Below, piece by piece: positions 37,511 to 50,241 of a DNA stretch of 64,000 bases. The position numbers and the translations under genes are program-made. The notes under the pieces are model-generated. The model was not told the DNA's origin and ran no database searches. It saw only the letters and a program-made list of their open reading frames with translations. Every line of letters begins with the position of its first letter. Position 1 is the stretch's first letter. The DNA comes from Pelomyxa schiedti (Eukaryota; Protista; Evosea). The DNA is taken from NCBI GenBank assembly GCA_020536535.1, contig JAHLWZ010000815.1, positions 1 to 64,000 of the forward strand. The letters are read 5' to 3'.

Positions 37511-38563
37511 TTATAACTTCTTGGGTGGGACTTGGACGGGGGCCTGGTTTGGTGCTGGTGCAGCTTTTTTCGCTGGTGCTTTGGCCTTGCGGGGGGCGTC
37601 GGCTGGTGTTGGTGTCATTGAGGAGGACTCTTTGGGCTCCTTGATGCGAATCATGTCGGGCTGGGGGATCTTGGGTCCCATTTTGCCTTGGGGATCGAAT
37701 GGAAGCATGATGGAAATCTTAATACCGAGTGTTCCTGTTTGGAAAGGATTGGTGAGGCTTGTTGTTTATTTGTGTGTGGCGGGGTTCTTGTTGAATTGTG
37801 TGCCAAGTTTCGTTTGGAGTGCGGAAAATGTAACCATTCTGTGTGATAGGGAATTTTTACCTTGTCGAAGGAGTACGTGTCTGACGGCGCAGTCACGGTA
37901 AATCTTGGAGGGGAAACCTGACTTGATCATGTATCCGTCCCTGAACTTCATACCCTTGGCCCTCTGTGATCGGACCTTGCCTCCGATGAACACTTCGCAA
38001 CCCCTGGCACCGCTCTCCATGATAAATCGCATTACACCGTAGCAAGCTCTTCGAACTGCCATGCCGTCAAGGAGTTTGTACTTGAGTGATTCTGCCTGAG
38101 CAACTGCGCACAGGCCTCGGAAGGCAACTCGCTCAGCGAAAAGTTCGATGGTATTCTCCTTGTATCCGAAACGCTTCTGAACTGCGGTGGTCAGTTCACG
38201 AAGGCGCATGCCTTGGTCTCCCAAAACGTTCTATTTGAATGATTTAAGTAAAAGAAGTCTTGTAATAACATAATAGTGGTTGTAATGACTTAAACTTGGA
38301 GGTACCTTGGTCTTGGTGGCACGGATGATGATTTCTGTTCGGACTGGTGTCACGCGAACCTCAACACCAGAGTACCCATCCTCGCTCAGCTCCCTCATGA
38401 GGAACTCATTGAGCTCAGCGTAGAAAACTCCATCTCGTACAAACTGTATTCGTTACATATGAGTATAAAAACGCAACTTTAACTGCCACTACGAGACGAA
38501 AAAAAAAAAAACGCGGAGCAACGTGAATCGTACCTTCTTCTTCTTGCTAATGTGTTGTGCCAT
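37511..38563 (-). CDS. RPS3: 40S ribosomal protein S3 (uS3)
   Basis: MAQHISKKK|[33 protein letters not shown]...[16 protein letters not shown]...[22 protein letters not shown]. Confidence 0.98.
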
Positions 38564-38860
38564 TTGTCGACGACGGGACACAAAAAATGAATGACAGGCT
38601 GATGATTGGGCGCGACACCGAGAACCTTGCAGACGAACGGAAAAAACGAAAAAAATCCTGAGAGATAGAGAAAAAAATTCAGCCCCTTATCACATGACGT
38701 TATGAACATCCGCAACTGTGATTTAGCAGTTCTAATCTAACCCAAAGCCAGGCGATAATCAAGCAGTAATAACAAGCCACGAAAATGCTTCGTTTGTTTC
38801 AGTCGACGGTTTGTGCGTTTTCGTTTTTCACGCAGGGCAAAAAACCCTTGAGGGTGTACA

Positions 38861-40288
38861 ATGGGGTGCTGTAGCAGTAGTTCCAAGGGTTCTGTATCCA
38901 ACACAAGGATTGTATGTGTTCTTGTCATGATGTCGTATGTGGGGTGTATGGTGAGAATGACATTGGCTGCACTGTCCGACTCAATTGTGCACCTCGGGGG
39001 CTTCGAGTATGCGGCTGTGTACAGGGACTCCGTGTCAAACATGGTTGGATGTTTCTTGATGGTATGTATTCTGGCTGTTTCTTGTTGGCTCTTACTGTTA
39101 TTGTTTGGAATACTATAAGCTCGGTTTTCATTTAAGTACTGTTGGAGCTTCTTTGTTGGGAAAACTATCGAAGATGCTATGTATTATAAGAAACAAGTAA
39201 TTTTGCGAGATGCGGATCACAAATGTAGCGGTGCATAGACAATTAATTGTTAAGGGATTCATGGCCACCCAAGGTGCAATTGCTGCTGGAACACCCTTGT
39301 TTGTTGGAATAACAACTGGCATGTGCGGCTGCATAACAACATTCAGTGGCTGGGTGGCAACTGTATCATGTGAGCTGGCTGCTCCCAAATTTGCCACAGC
39401 AATTACGTGCACCATTTTTGGATGGAGCTCGCCTGTAGCCTTCTACATATGTGGAAGGTGTGCCTATTCTTATTCTTATTATTTCCTCTATTTCAATGAC
39501 AAAACAAACTATTCCTCAGGCACTGTGGAGAGTTGATTAAGAAAAAAAGTGTGCTAGATTACCAACACAGGCGCGCCATTCATTTATCTATTCTTGTTGC
39601 GCTTTCATTGTTCCTCTGTTTTTGTGTAAGTGTTGCTCACTTTGTGAGGAAAAAAAGAAAATCAGTAACCCTAAGTTTTTCAAAGGCAACTGCCATGGCG
39701 GCCATTACCTGGTATATTGCACACTTTACAAGAAGATATTGGTTTGCAATAGCAATTTGCCCAGCCGGAACCATTGTGAGATGGTCACTTGGTAAACTCT
39801 CAGCCAATATTCTATCCAAAGTGGTGGTTCCCACACCGCCGCCGAGTGATTCATCCTGCATCAACAGCAGTATAATTCCAGGCACAAATGATTGTGAGCA
39901 ACAATCACTACAAGAATCGGAAGTATCCTGTGGGAGAAAACTGCTCATAATGTGGAAATCAGGCAAAGTGCCCTTCCAAACACTTGCTGCCAACCTTCTG
40001 GCCTGTGCTATTTATGCGGTGGTGATGGAACCAGCCGGCAAAACACCGGGTACATACATCACCACTGAATCAGGCACACTGACACAGGACTGGGCATGGG
40101 CAATTGCGGTTGGGTTCTGTGGCTGCTGCTCCACAGTCTCCACATGGGTTCACGAAAGTGCTGGCTCATCAGCTGGAATGAGAAGGTGGGTCACTTATCT
40201 ATATTGTATTTTCAGTGTTATTCTGGGAATGTGTGCCCTCCTCCCTGCTGCTTTGATGTGCTACTGTGCTGGAAAAGAGCCCTCTTGA
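38861..40288 (+). CDS. FEX-type fluoride exporter (two CrcB/Fluc domains)
   Basis: Domain 1: VGCMVR...NMVGCFLMG...GITTGMCGCITTFSGW. Domain 2: PAGTIVRWSL...TLAANLLAC...GFCGCCSTVSTWVHE. Confidence 0.88.
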
Positions 40289-40366
40289 AATCAAGTTTTT
40301 AAACTTAGGCCAAACTGTATTTGAGCAACAAATTCTTTTGATCTTACATATGGTAGTACAGTTGCA

Positions 40367-41465
40367 TTAGGGGCAGTCCTTTACAACCAGGGATATGGAC
40401 AGAGAACAATGTTCCCCTTTGAGAGGAAAAGTGCAACCAAAGGAAAAGCCAGGCCCACGAGCCATCCAATGCAGGTCACATGCAGTGATAATCAATGTCC
40501 TGGATTGTGTTGTGCCAGCAGATAACTGAATTTGCACAAGCAGTGGATGGGTGAAGATCAACCACTTAGTTAGGCGGAGAAAGACACCCACTCCTATTGG
40601 TTGGGTAGCAACCCGGACCTCGAAGTGCATGCCAGGTGTTGCAATCTTATTGTTTTGGACTAGCCATTTGTCGGGTCCAAGTGGACCACGAGAACCGATA
40701 GTCGATAGCCTACAATTTTCGCACTGATACACTGTAACAACTGGTTAGTTCCCAAGAGATAAAGTTGTTGTTTACATCTCTGAACAATAGTGTAAAACTG
40801 CTTAGAAACCGCGCGAGTGGCCCCAATAGACTTTAATGGTAAATACTCAATGATATGTGAGAGAACTCCCCTGGGAAGATCGGTTATATGTTTCCCTTTT
40901 ATTGGTTAGTTTGGCAAAAATGCATAAGGAAGTTACCCTGTAAAATGTAGATGTTATTCAATGATATCCCCAAGCCCTGAAGCAGTGATTCTTCTGGGCA
41001 GATGAGCTGGAAAATAAAAATGCTGAGAATCACATGACAATGCAGTGAAGTGGAGAAAACCCTTTGCTGCAGTCCGGTGAATCCTGCAGGGTCAGGAAGT
41101 TTCAGCTTCTGCAGCGAAGTCTATATTTTAAGGCATTTAACAGTGTTTCATACACATTGGTTACAAACCTTCAAATTTGTTTGTACGTCCGCTTTTAGTT
41201 GTGCCAGCTTTTCATCTATCTTGATCAAAATCTTTGTCCTGAGCTTCGAAATAGATTCCTCAACTTCAGCTGTGAGAGTATTTGCAGTCTGTGTGGAAGA
41301 AATCGGCCCCAGCCAACTAAGAAAAAAAAAAAAAAAAACGACAGAAATCAGGACCTTCCCCCCGTTTGCAACCGCATTCTCCAAGTTCGTAATGGCTTCA
41401 CACAAAAGAGGGGAAACGAGATCTTGCTGTTCGTCCGTCCTTGGCCTCTTGGGTGGCGGCTCCAT
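40367..41465 (-). CDS. F-box protein with an N-terminal coiled coil
   Basis: HITDLPRGVLSHIIEYLPLKSIGATRAVSKQFY at about 40790-40890, an NLS-like PPKRPR and a small beta-rich C-terminal domain. Confidence 0.75.
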
Positions 41466-41741
41466 GTCTCCTTTTGTTTTAAAAATGTGTGCTCCATTGT
41501 AGTTTCTGTTGGCGGCTGTGCCCAGGGAAGTGGTTACTCAAAATCGCCAAAAAAGAAACGCGATGGGCTGGGCCTTCCGAATTTGGCACTTATGCCCAGT
41601 GTCATACATTGCGCCACTTTGACCGCTGCTCTGCGTAGTGAAGAAACATGTTTCAGTGAACCTCCCTTTCTTGATGCAAAAAAGGTTTCAAAGAATTCGA
41701 GTGATGGGTACCAACCTCGTAACAAGAAGAACTCACAAAAG

Positions 41742-42874
41742 ATGTTACAAATAACCGCCGAAAAATGTGTGCCATTTGGTCATGGCAAAGGCCGTCTGCA
41801 TTCCTTTCAATACAAGGTTTGTGGGTCCACCTTTTTTGTTGTTTTCTTATTCTAGTGGGCTTTTTCCTCCTGTCCAGGCCAGCCAAAGTTGGGGAAGTTA
41901 TCTGTCGTCGTGGTGGTCGTGGACAAGAACATTTCCACGTTCATTTGTTGTTTATGAACCGCCTGGATTGACTGGACCAGCACCAGTCTTGTATTTATTT
42001 CACGGCACTGATGAACTGTACCTACTTCCTTCCCTCTGTGCAATTTCAATTGATAGTTTTCACGCGCTCCATTTCTAATTGTGGGAGTAACGAAATGTTG
42101 TGACAGAGTTATTGAGGAATCGGCTTTGTTTATGCAGGACGAACTAGTGCCGGAGGTGACTTATTCCTGGCAACAAGTCGCGGACTCTGAGGGTTTGATA
42201 CTCGTTTTTATGCAGGCAGCTACGTGGCAATGCTCCTACAATAAGCAACTATTGCAAAGCTGGTGGCAGCCTGGGGATGAAGGTTAATTACTTGAGTCAT
42301 TAACAGAAGCACTTACAACTTGAAAGAGTACGTACAAAGAGTACTTGAATTCATGTCAAACAACTTTTCATGTGACAAGTCTCGGCTCTATGCTATTGGT
42401 ACTGCAGTTCTCCTTCCTAATTCTGCTTTTTCTTAACTGGACTCCCTTCAAAAGGCCACTCGAACGGGGGATTGTTTATGTCTGATTTAGTTTTCAAGTT
42501 ACCAGCAACATTTGCCGCTGTTTGTAACCACATGGGAGGTCTGTTTGTACCTTCAGCCAAATTCGGGGCCTCCGAGAAAGATATAGAAAATTTTCGTATA
42601 CATTTTGCTGAATCAACTGAACGACTGCCCAGAAAGACACCCATGCTCATTATTACCGCTAACGGGGGTATGTTCCATACCAATCCTTATGAACATTCAT
42701 TTTCTAATTCTTTCACCAGAGGATAACCGGCTTATTTGCCATACTGCCAAAGCTGAGTTTGAGAGAGTTGGGTGGCCAGTAGAATTTATAGAATACACCA
42801 ACCAAAGGCACATGTATCTTCCAGTCCATACAGAATCCGCCTGGCCTTTCCTCAAGCCCAAATCCCTGCCCTGA
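41742..42874 (+). CDS. Alpha/beta-hydrolase, PHB-depolymerase/LpqP-type esterase
   Basis: RSFVVYEPPG...PVLYLFHG, WQQVADSEGLILVF, DKSRLYAIG|HSNGG (nucleophile elbow), FAAV and a C-terminal His (QRHMY). Confidence 0.82.
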
Positions 42875-43171
42875 AACCTTCCCTTGTGTATTTTTCTGGG
42901 ATTTCAACAAAATCCCACCATGTCAATATAAAAACTTGCTGATTGGTGTCAATGACACCGTTCCATTATCTTCCACCAAAATTCTAGGTAACCCAACTGG
43001 GCCCAAACTCGTGAGCAACTTGCCGCGCCAGCAATCAAAAAGCAAGTAATCAAGATACCCCGAGAACTAGAAGCCCTGCCCGAATCACCCCTTTCTCGCG
43101 AATGAAAAAAAATTGTAAAACAGGAAATTTCACAATCAGAAAAAAAAACAAATTAAATAAAAAACGAACGC

Positions 43172-44993
43172 ATGCAGCACGGATTCAAGAAGCCAAGGAG
43201 GGCCACGTCGGGCGGTGGATCCGGATCTACGTACTCTAGTCACGATGGCGTTGTTATGGGGCCTGCTGTCGCACTTCCCAATGTCGCTGTTACGGCCGCC
43301 TCTGCCAACGGCGTATCGTCTAGTGGCGGCGGCGCTTTTTTGTCTACGCAGACCGCTGCCTCGTCTTCTCCGTCGACTCGCCCATCATCTCCGTCGTTGC
43401 CGGGGATGCTTCCTCCGCCTTCCCCGTCACTTTCTCCTTCTTTGTCTTCGTCGCTGCAACAGCAACAAACTCAGCAGCAACAGCAGGCACAGCAATCAAC
43501 GCCAACGGCTACCCAATCCAGTGCAAGCACGATCGGTGTTGTTGTCACGTCTGCCAATGCGAACGACCCATTCATATTTACGAGAGAGGAAGTGAAGCGG
43601 CGCTGTGACGTTAGGGAGATATACGAGATTTGTGAAACTCTGGGCTATGGTTCGTCAGGAAAAGTTGTACGGGCAATTCACCGCAAAACCAGAAACGAGT
43701 ACGCAGTGAAAATCATCAAAAAGGGAGATTTGTTACCTGTGAACTCCCCGAACATCTCTGCGAGGAGAAGGGCAAGATTAAGGTCTGAGTTTGAAGTGAT
43801 GTCTGAGTGCCGACACAGAAACATTGCTTCACTGGTGGAAGTGATAGAAAGTGAGAAAGAAATATGCTTTGTACAGCAGCTTATGAGAGGTGGAGAGTTA
43901 CTGGGGAGATTACTGGAGAAAAAGAGATTTTCTGAGGAGGAGACACGCAGAGTTATGCGCAGCGTTCTTTCTGCACTCCAGTACATGCACAAGAAGGGAG
44001 TTGTCCATAGAGACCTCAAACTTGGTATACATTTTACTCTTTCTCTTTATTGTTCTTACGAGGACAAAAGAGAATGTGGTTTACGAAAGTAATCAGGCAG
44101 ATTCTCGCATTTGCGTTGTCGATCTGGGACTTGCCCGATTCACTGACACTGACGAGCACCTTCACACACCGTGCGGCTCTTCACCTTATGTATCACCAGT
44201 ATGTAAACTCTACATAAATTAACTTTGCTTACATCCTCATAGGAGCTTGCTGGTCTAGTTTTGAGTAACAATGCTACTCAGTATTATCAACGAGGATTAC
44301 CTCTGAACAACAACCAGTACTATCAAAAGGGGGTAGACATGTGGTCGTGTGGAGGTTTGTTTTTTTCCCTCTCCGTACTCCACTAAAACATTAACAGTGA
44401 TCATGTACACTTTGTTGGCTGGATATCCACCCTTCCAAGCAGATAAAAATGATGAACTTCTTGAGCAAGTAGGTTTTACTCCTTGTTACGCCGAGACTAA
44501 ATTTCAATATTTCAAGATAATGGAAGGATTTTTCTACTTCCACGAGAATCCATGGAGTTCCATCTCCCGTGAAGCAAGAGAACTAATTCTCCACATGCTC
44601 GAGAAAGATGCCTCAAGGCGGTTTACAGCGGACGAGGCACTCAAACACCCATGGATGCGCACGCACCAAAACACTGCCGTTACACCTATAGTTACAGCAC
44701 CTCCTTCTTCTTGTACGTCAACTACACAACAAGAAAACACGGAGACTGGCACACTGTCATCAAGCCTTGGTGACGAACAAGACCAAGCAAGCTCGGAATT
44801 AGGCTCCAAATCCGAAATTTGGGACCCAGAAAAACTCAGACACCAGCTCAACCTATCCATTCAACTTCAAAGAGACCGCATGGAATCGTTAAAGTCACCC
44901 TCTGAATCCACCATTGCTCTGAGGAGGAAAGCCAAAAAAGCAGCTGTTGCAAACACCAAAGACAAGGACGACCCTCCAGGCTCCACAGAGTAA
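43172..44993 (+). CDS. CAMK-group Ser/Thr protein kinase
   Basis: LGYGSSGKV, AVKII, GGELL, VHRDLK, DLGLAR, TPCGSSPYVSPE, DMWSCG, LAGYPPF and RFTADEALKHPW. Confidence 0.95.
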
Positions 44994-45546
44994 CGTTGAG
45001 CCAGCAAGGCCTCCTAGGCTTTTGGTTTTAGCGTTTCTCCTAGTATTGTAGATACTACTAGTTGTGAATACTGTTCTCTATCACCCAAAGATTTGCTTTT
45101 TTCTTTTTCTTTTTTCTCCCAACAAACCCACTGGCATTCGGCCTATTCGGGAACTCCCGGAGAACCCGTCCAAGGCCAAAGGGACGGGGAAGAACAGCCA
45201 GTGCCCGATTCGAGGGGCGCCGAAAGCGAAGCGCGACGGGTGGAGAAGAGGCAGGCTCGCCAATGAGGAGGAAAAAAGGGAGATCTGCGAGGATTTTCTC
45301 CGTGGGTGTTCTCGCCTTCCAACCCGAATAAGGGAATAGTGGCCGTGGAATCCGGTTCCATTTAGTGCACCCCGAAAAGACGGAGAGAAAAGCTCCACCA
45401 CCGACGGGCGACGACACCGCATTGCGAAACACGGCCTAAACCAAACACGGGCAGCAACAGCAACGACCAAGCCCAACCAATTCCGCCACGCCAGTCACGC
45501 ATCACCTATAACCAGCCACACCCACCACACAACACAGTAAGTAATA

Positions 45547-48500
45547 ATGGGAAAGAAGAAAGGACAAGTCGCCAAGGTAGCGCTCCTCGTCGACGACGTA
45601 TCCACCACCACCACCCCTTCCACAGCCACGTCGGCGTCGCCTGTCCCTCCGGGCGGCAGCACCCCCGGGGGTGTACCCGTGGGGCTCTCGCCCCAGGCCG
45701 CCCAGACCCTCCGCATGCTGCGGGAGTGCCCCAAGGCCGAGTGCGTGGCCATCGTGCTCCTTTCTAGCTGCCTGCCTCCCCTCGCACCTACATCCACTCC
45801 CACTCCCACTCCCACCCCGTCGCCTTCGTCGTCGTCGTCGTCGTCGTCGTCAACAACAACGGCCACATGCAGGCCACACTCGCCCACGCCAGCTTCCACG
45901 TCGGCACCCTCCTCCTCGCCCACGCCCACGGGCAGCCCTGCTAGCGGGACCACGAGTGGGAGGCCGGGAGTGGGTGTGGGAGTCGCCGCCGCCCCTTCTT
46001 CTTCACTGTCCAAGGAATCGTCCCCGTCTCCTTCACCCTCTGTGCTTCCTTCTAGTCCCGCTGTTGCATTATCACCATCACCACTACCACCATCGTCGTC
46101 ATCACTGGCCTCCACCACACCAAGTACTGCTGCTACTGCTGCTGCTTCTACCACAACAGTAGCACCTGCAACTACTTCACCACTGGCTTCTTCTACCACA
46201 ACACATGGTCCTGCTACTCCCACTACCAGTACTACTCCCGCCTCTACTACTGGCACTGGTTCGACTACTAAATCTGACCCACCTCGCGTGTTTATTTCTT
46301 GGGCTGAATTCGAGGTTGGTTGTCAGGGTTTTTTTTTTTTTTTTTTGATTTTCTTTTCATTGTAGGCTTCATTTAGTGCACGAGGAGCCACCTCTATAGA
46401 TGCAGTATGGATATGCACAGAGGCTATATCCACCCGTGGAGTAATTGCTCAAAGTGCTGCTGATGTGTCAAGGGTTGTCTACTGTCCAGCTCCGCTTGCT
46501 TTGAATGAAGCAGATATAAAGATTGCTTATGAGGTACTGTTACAGTTCCTATTTCCGAAAAACTTACCTTCTTCTCTTAGGTTTGCGCATCGAAGGGAGC
46601 GGAGTTAGTTGTTGGGTGGCCAAGGCGTTTTGATTCTGGGTAAACTTTTTTCTCTTGCCAAACTGGTTAATGTCTTCCAGCTTTATGTCTCTTTTCGAAG
46701 AACTGGCTGGAGCCAATATCGCCTCCGCGCATTTTGTTAACAAACTCTGGCCATTGCCTCAAACGAAGCTCGCCTCTCTTCCGTCAATATTCATGGTTTC
46801 TTTTCTTACGTGGAAGGTAATTAAACTCACACTCTCAGGAACTAATGAGTCATGACTTCAACCTCTCAAGCTTTTTCATGAACGAGCAGATGCCCTTAAC
46901 AGTGGCTGCTTCTGGTTTGTGCCCTTGTCTATATTGACTATCTGACCTCCCTTTCAGGGCGCGATACATATGGAACTGGTGTTTGGGATAGTGCTACGTG
47001 CACAGTAGAATACTCAGCTGGTAGAACAGTTGTAATTGAAGTATGTCCTAACACCCCCGCCTTCTTTCGTGATGAGCTGTTCCAACAACAAATAGGTGTC
47101 AAGATTTGGCGATGGTAAAGTGGAGAACTCGGTTACGCTGGTGGCCAATGGCCGAACAAAAGAAAGGGGCAAAGATACCTTTGCCATTAATTTATTACAG
47201 AGGTATTTTTCGGTCTTCTTTCAGGGTTTCTGATAGTTATAGATATGAGTCATCTCTCCAGGCCCAAGTCGAGTACCTCTCTCGTGTGTGTTTAGGTGAG
47301 AAAGTGTGGCAGCTGTGTTCCAAGGATTTTTGTGTTGCTACAACTCAACTTGCATTACTGGCTGAGCAAAGTGCTCGGGAGGGAAGGAAATTATCTGTGG
47401 CTTCTGGCCCTGCAGTGAACTTATTACAAGTTGGTGAAGGTATTTTCTCCTCTCTCCTTGATAAGATCTCCAATAACAACCACAACAGATCCCTTCATCC
47501 AGAACAAAATCCTCACACAATTGCCTTGCTGTAAATCAGCATACACTTTCACTGGCCTAGCCGCAACGGCTTCAACTGACGATGCATCCTATCAAAAGTT
47601 TGAAGAGTTCATGACTTCCTGTGAAGCGAATGCCGCATATATTTGCCTCGATCACAAACACAGCTCCTATGTTGCAGAGCGCTGTTTGAGAGCAAACATG
47701 AGAGTCATTGTAGACCATCCAGTACAGGACTTCAATAGCGTCATGCAAGCCTCCAAATCTAAAGACAAGTTACTCATGATTCGATTCTTTTGCAGGTGGA
47801 GTATGCAATGTCTTGTTGAATGTGTAATAACCGAAATAATGGTTATAGGTATGATAAGAAGTTCCAGAAGGCACGAGATTTGGTGGCACACCTTGCTTCT
47901 GAAGGAAGTTTATCAACTGTAACCATTGAGACAACAGATCCACTGCCTCCCTGCAATGATACTATTGAAACCATTCTCACCAGTGGTGCTGATGACTTTG
48001 ACATAGTGGCTTGGATGTTTGATACTGTGGATTGTGATATCTCACAGAAGTATATGCGGATCATTGGAGCCCCATCGTCGTATGTGGCCTGCTTCAGTGT
48101 GCGATTACGAAAATATGATAAAGTAATCGAGGCGAGTTTGCAGTACACGAGAGGTGGTGGTGTCCACTCTCGCATAGTACGTGTAAACTCTGTGGAGTTT
48201 ATACGCAGAAGTGAAATGAGTCTCACTTTATCCCCACGTGACCTAATTCTGAGTGCATATGTTGATGCCATTGCAAAACAATTTAGGTCATTTTCCACGA
48301 AAATCCTTCCCCCATCTCAAAATGGCTCCTACTGCACCACCTACATGCGGACCCATCAAATTCTTTATAATGCCTGCGAGTCGATTGTTGACGAAGCTGT
48401 TGATACAGACTCACTTTTGTCTTCTTCACCTCCTTCATTAGCATCATATCCTCTTGCCCTTAGAAACAGAAGTCGAAGCACAGGCACTGCATCCCTGATA

Positions 48501-50117
48501 CCAACTGTACCTCTCGCTAACTCAATCGCGATTTCCTCCAAGCCACCACCTTCTGTATCCCCAGAACCAGTGTTACCTCGCACATCAGTTTCATCAACTG
48601 CCGTTACTCAACCTGTCACATTCACTCGTGGTGGCTTGGTGTACAAACCCTTAGTGACAAACGAAGCCGTCGAATGGCGGGCCTACACACAAGTGAGAGA
48701 AACTATTCCTGCATTATGCCAGTGGATGCCTACCTTTAAGGAAAAGGCTTTGCTCAACGGCGTGACATACCTTGTTACCGATGACATTTCACAAGAGTAT
48801 AAACGGCCTCGGATACTGACAATCAAAGTTGGTGAACCTAGCGACTTCCAACGCATGCACAACCAACCTTATGGATTGAAGGTTTGATTACAAAGTCAGG
48901 CACAATCTCATTTCGTTTTAGGTTTGCGGCTATACAGGAGACAGCCATAAAAATATTCACAGATCAAATTTATCTTGGAACGACCTATCTGCCATGTTGA
49001 AAGATTTCATCAAAGACAAGGAGAGCGGCAATCTGCGGTATGAGGTTATACCAATTTGGCTACAACAACTCCGCCAATTGCTGGAATTAGTTGGATCCCA
49101 GACTCAGTTCATCTTCAGAGCCGCGGTATTCAAGTTGATGTATGACGGGGTTGATGATTCCATGAAAACACCTCTGGTGAAGTTGTACGATATCTCGAGG
49201 GCGAAGGAAAGCGGAGGTGAAACTGATCACTGTCTATGCATGGGCCTCGAAAACCTGTCTCAGTTGTTGCAAGAATTGCACACCAAGTTTATAAACAGGC
49301 ACGCGGTGTTCTTATGCAGACATGGATTCTGCATTGAGCCTAGTGATAGACAGTGGCACTCCAAGTACCCAATGGACCCTCCCTTGTCAAGCCAAGGTGT
49401 ACAACAGGCTCATGAACTTGCCCAACGACTTAAACATGAGAACATATCCATTGTAATTTCGTCCCCCTTTGCTCGAGCCAAACAGACAGCCGAGGTACAT
49501 AAAAAAAAAACCCAACAACCCCTTAATGAAATAAGCCTCGAGTGACTAATGCCCAAAAAAAGATAATAGCGGAAGAATTAAACATCAAGTACATGCTGGA
49601 ACCCGTTCTTGGAGAAGTAGCCCTAGATACCGGCTACGGCAGTTCAGCCCGGCTCAGTGACGCCCTCGATCCAACACTCCCTCAGAAAGATGAATTCCTA
49701 CTAGAATCCCTCGTCCCATCATCACCCCCCTCCTCCCCTTCCCTATTCCCTCATACACCCGCACCAACACCAACGGCATCATCATCACCGCCACAAACGG
49801 CATCACCTCCCACAGTCCGGTCACTGCAGATTCTGCAGAACCGGATGCACAAGTCACTGGAGGCCATATGCCAACAGTACAAGAGGGTTGCCATTGTGGG
49901 ACACCGGGCCACTTTCGAGGCACTCCTGGCCACCATCTGCAGTGCTCCGGACAACAACAAGTTCAGCAGCCACCAGAGGTCATTCGAATTCGCGTCAGTC
50001 AGCACACTGCTCCCAACTACAAGTTCAACGACTGGATGGGCAATAGACAGGCTGAATATGCCCTCCCACTCTGCCTCTGTTCCTTCCCCTACTCAAAATA
50101 CCACCACAAAGAGCTAA
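45547..50117 (+). CDS. Multidomain protein: two Gfo/Idh/MocA (inositol-dehydrogenase-like) domains, an inositol polyphosphate kinase-like domain and a histidine phosphatase
   Basis: Gfo 1: DAVWICT...CPAPLA...VGWPRRFD...SHDF...AEQSAREGR. Gfo 2: AAYIC...VDHPV...FFCRYDKKF...TTDP...DDFD. IPK-like: YKPL..E...MPTF...YLVTDD...PRILTIKVG...KVCG...MYD...KLYD...GLENL. Phosphatase: RHG...DPPLS...SSPFARAKQTA...VGH. Confidence 0.82.
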
Positions 50118-50241
50118 TTCATTCCATCAAATTACATGTGCGAGAAAATTAAAAACCGAAATATAATTTACATTTTGTTTGTTTCTGGGTGATCTTTCTT
50201 GGTAGTGATAGGGTATGTGGTGAGGTATATTAGTGCGGTGG

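Noticed and set aside
37730-38305. Intronic snoRNAs in RPS3 (and RPL35)
   Set aside because: No convincing C/D or H/ACA box arrangement was seen by eye.
45060-45500. GC-rich intergenic block as a possible ncRNA or tRNA
   Set aside because: No cloverleaf or known RNA motif was seen. It is more simply the promoter/5' region of the downstream gene.
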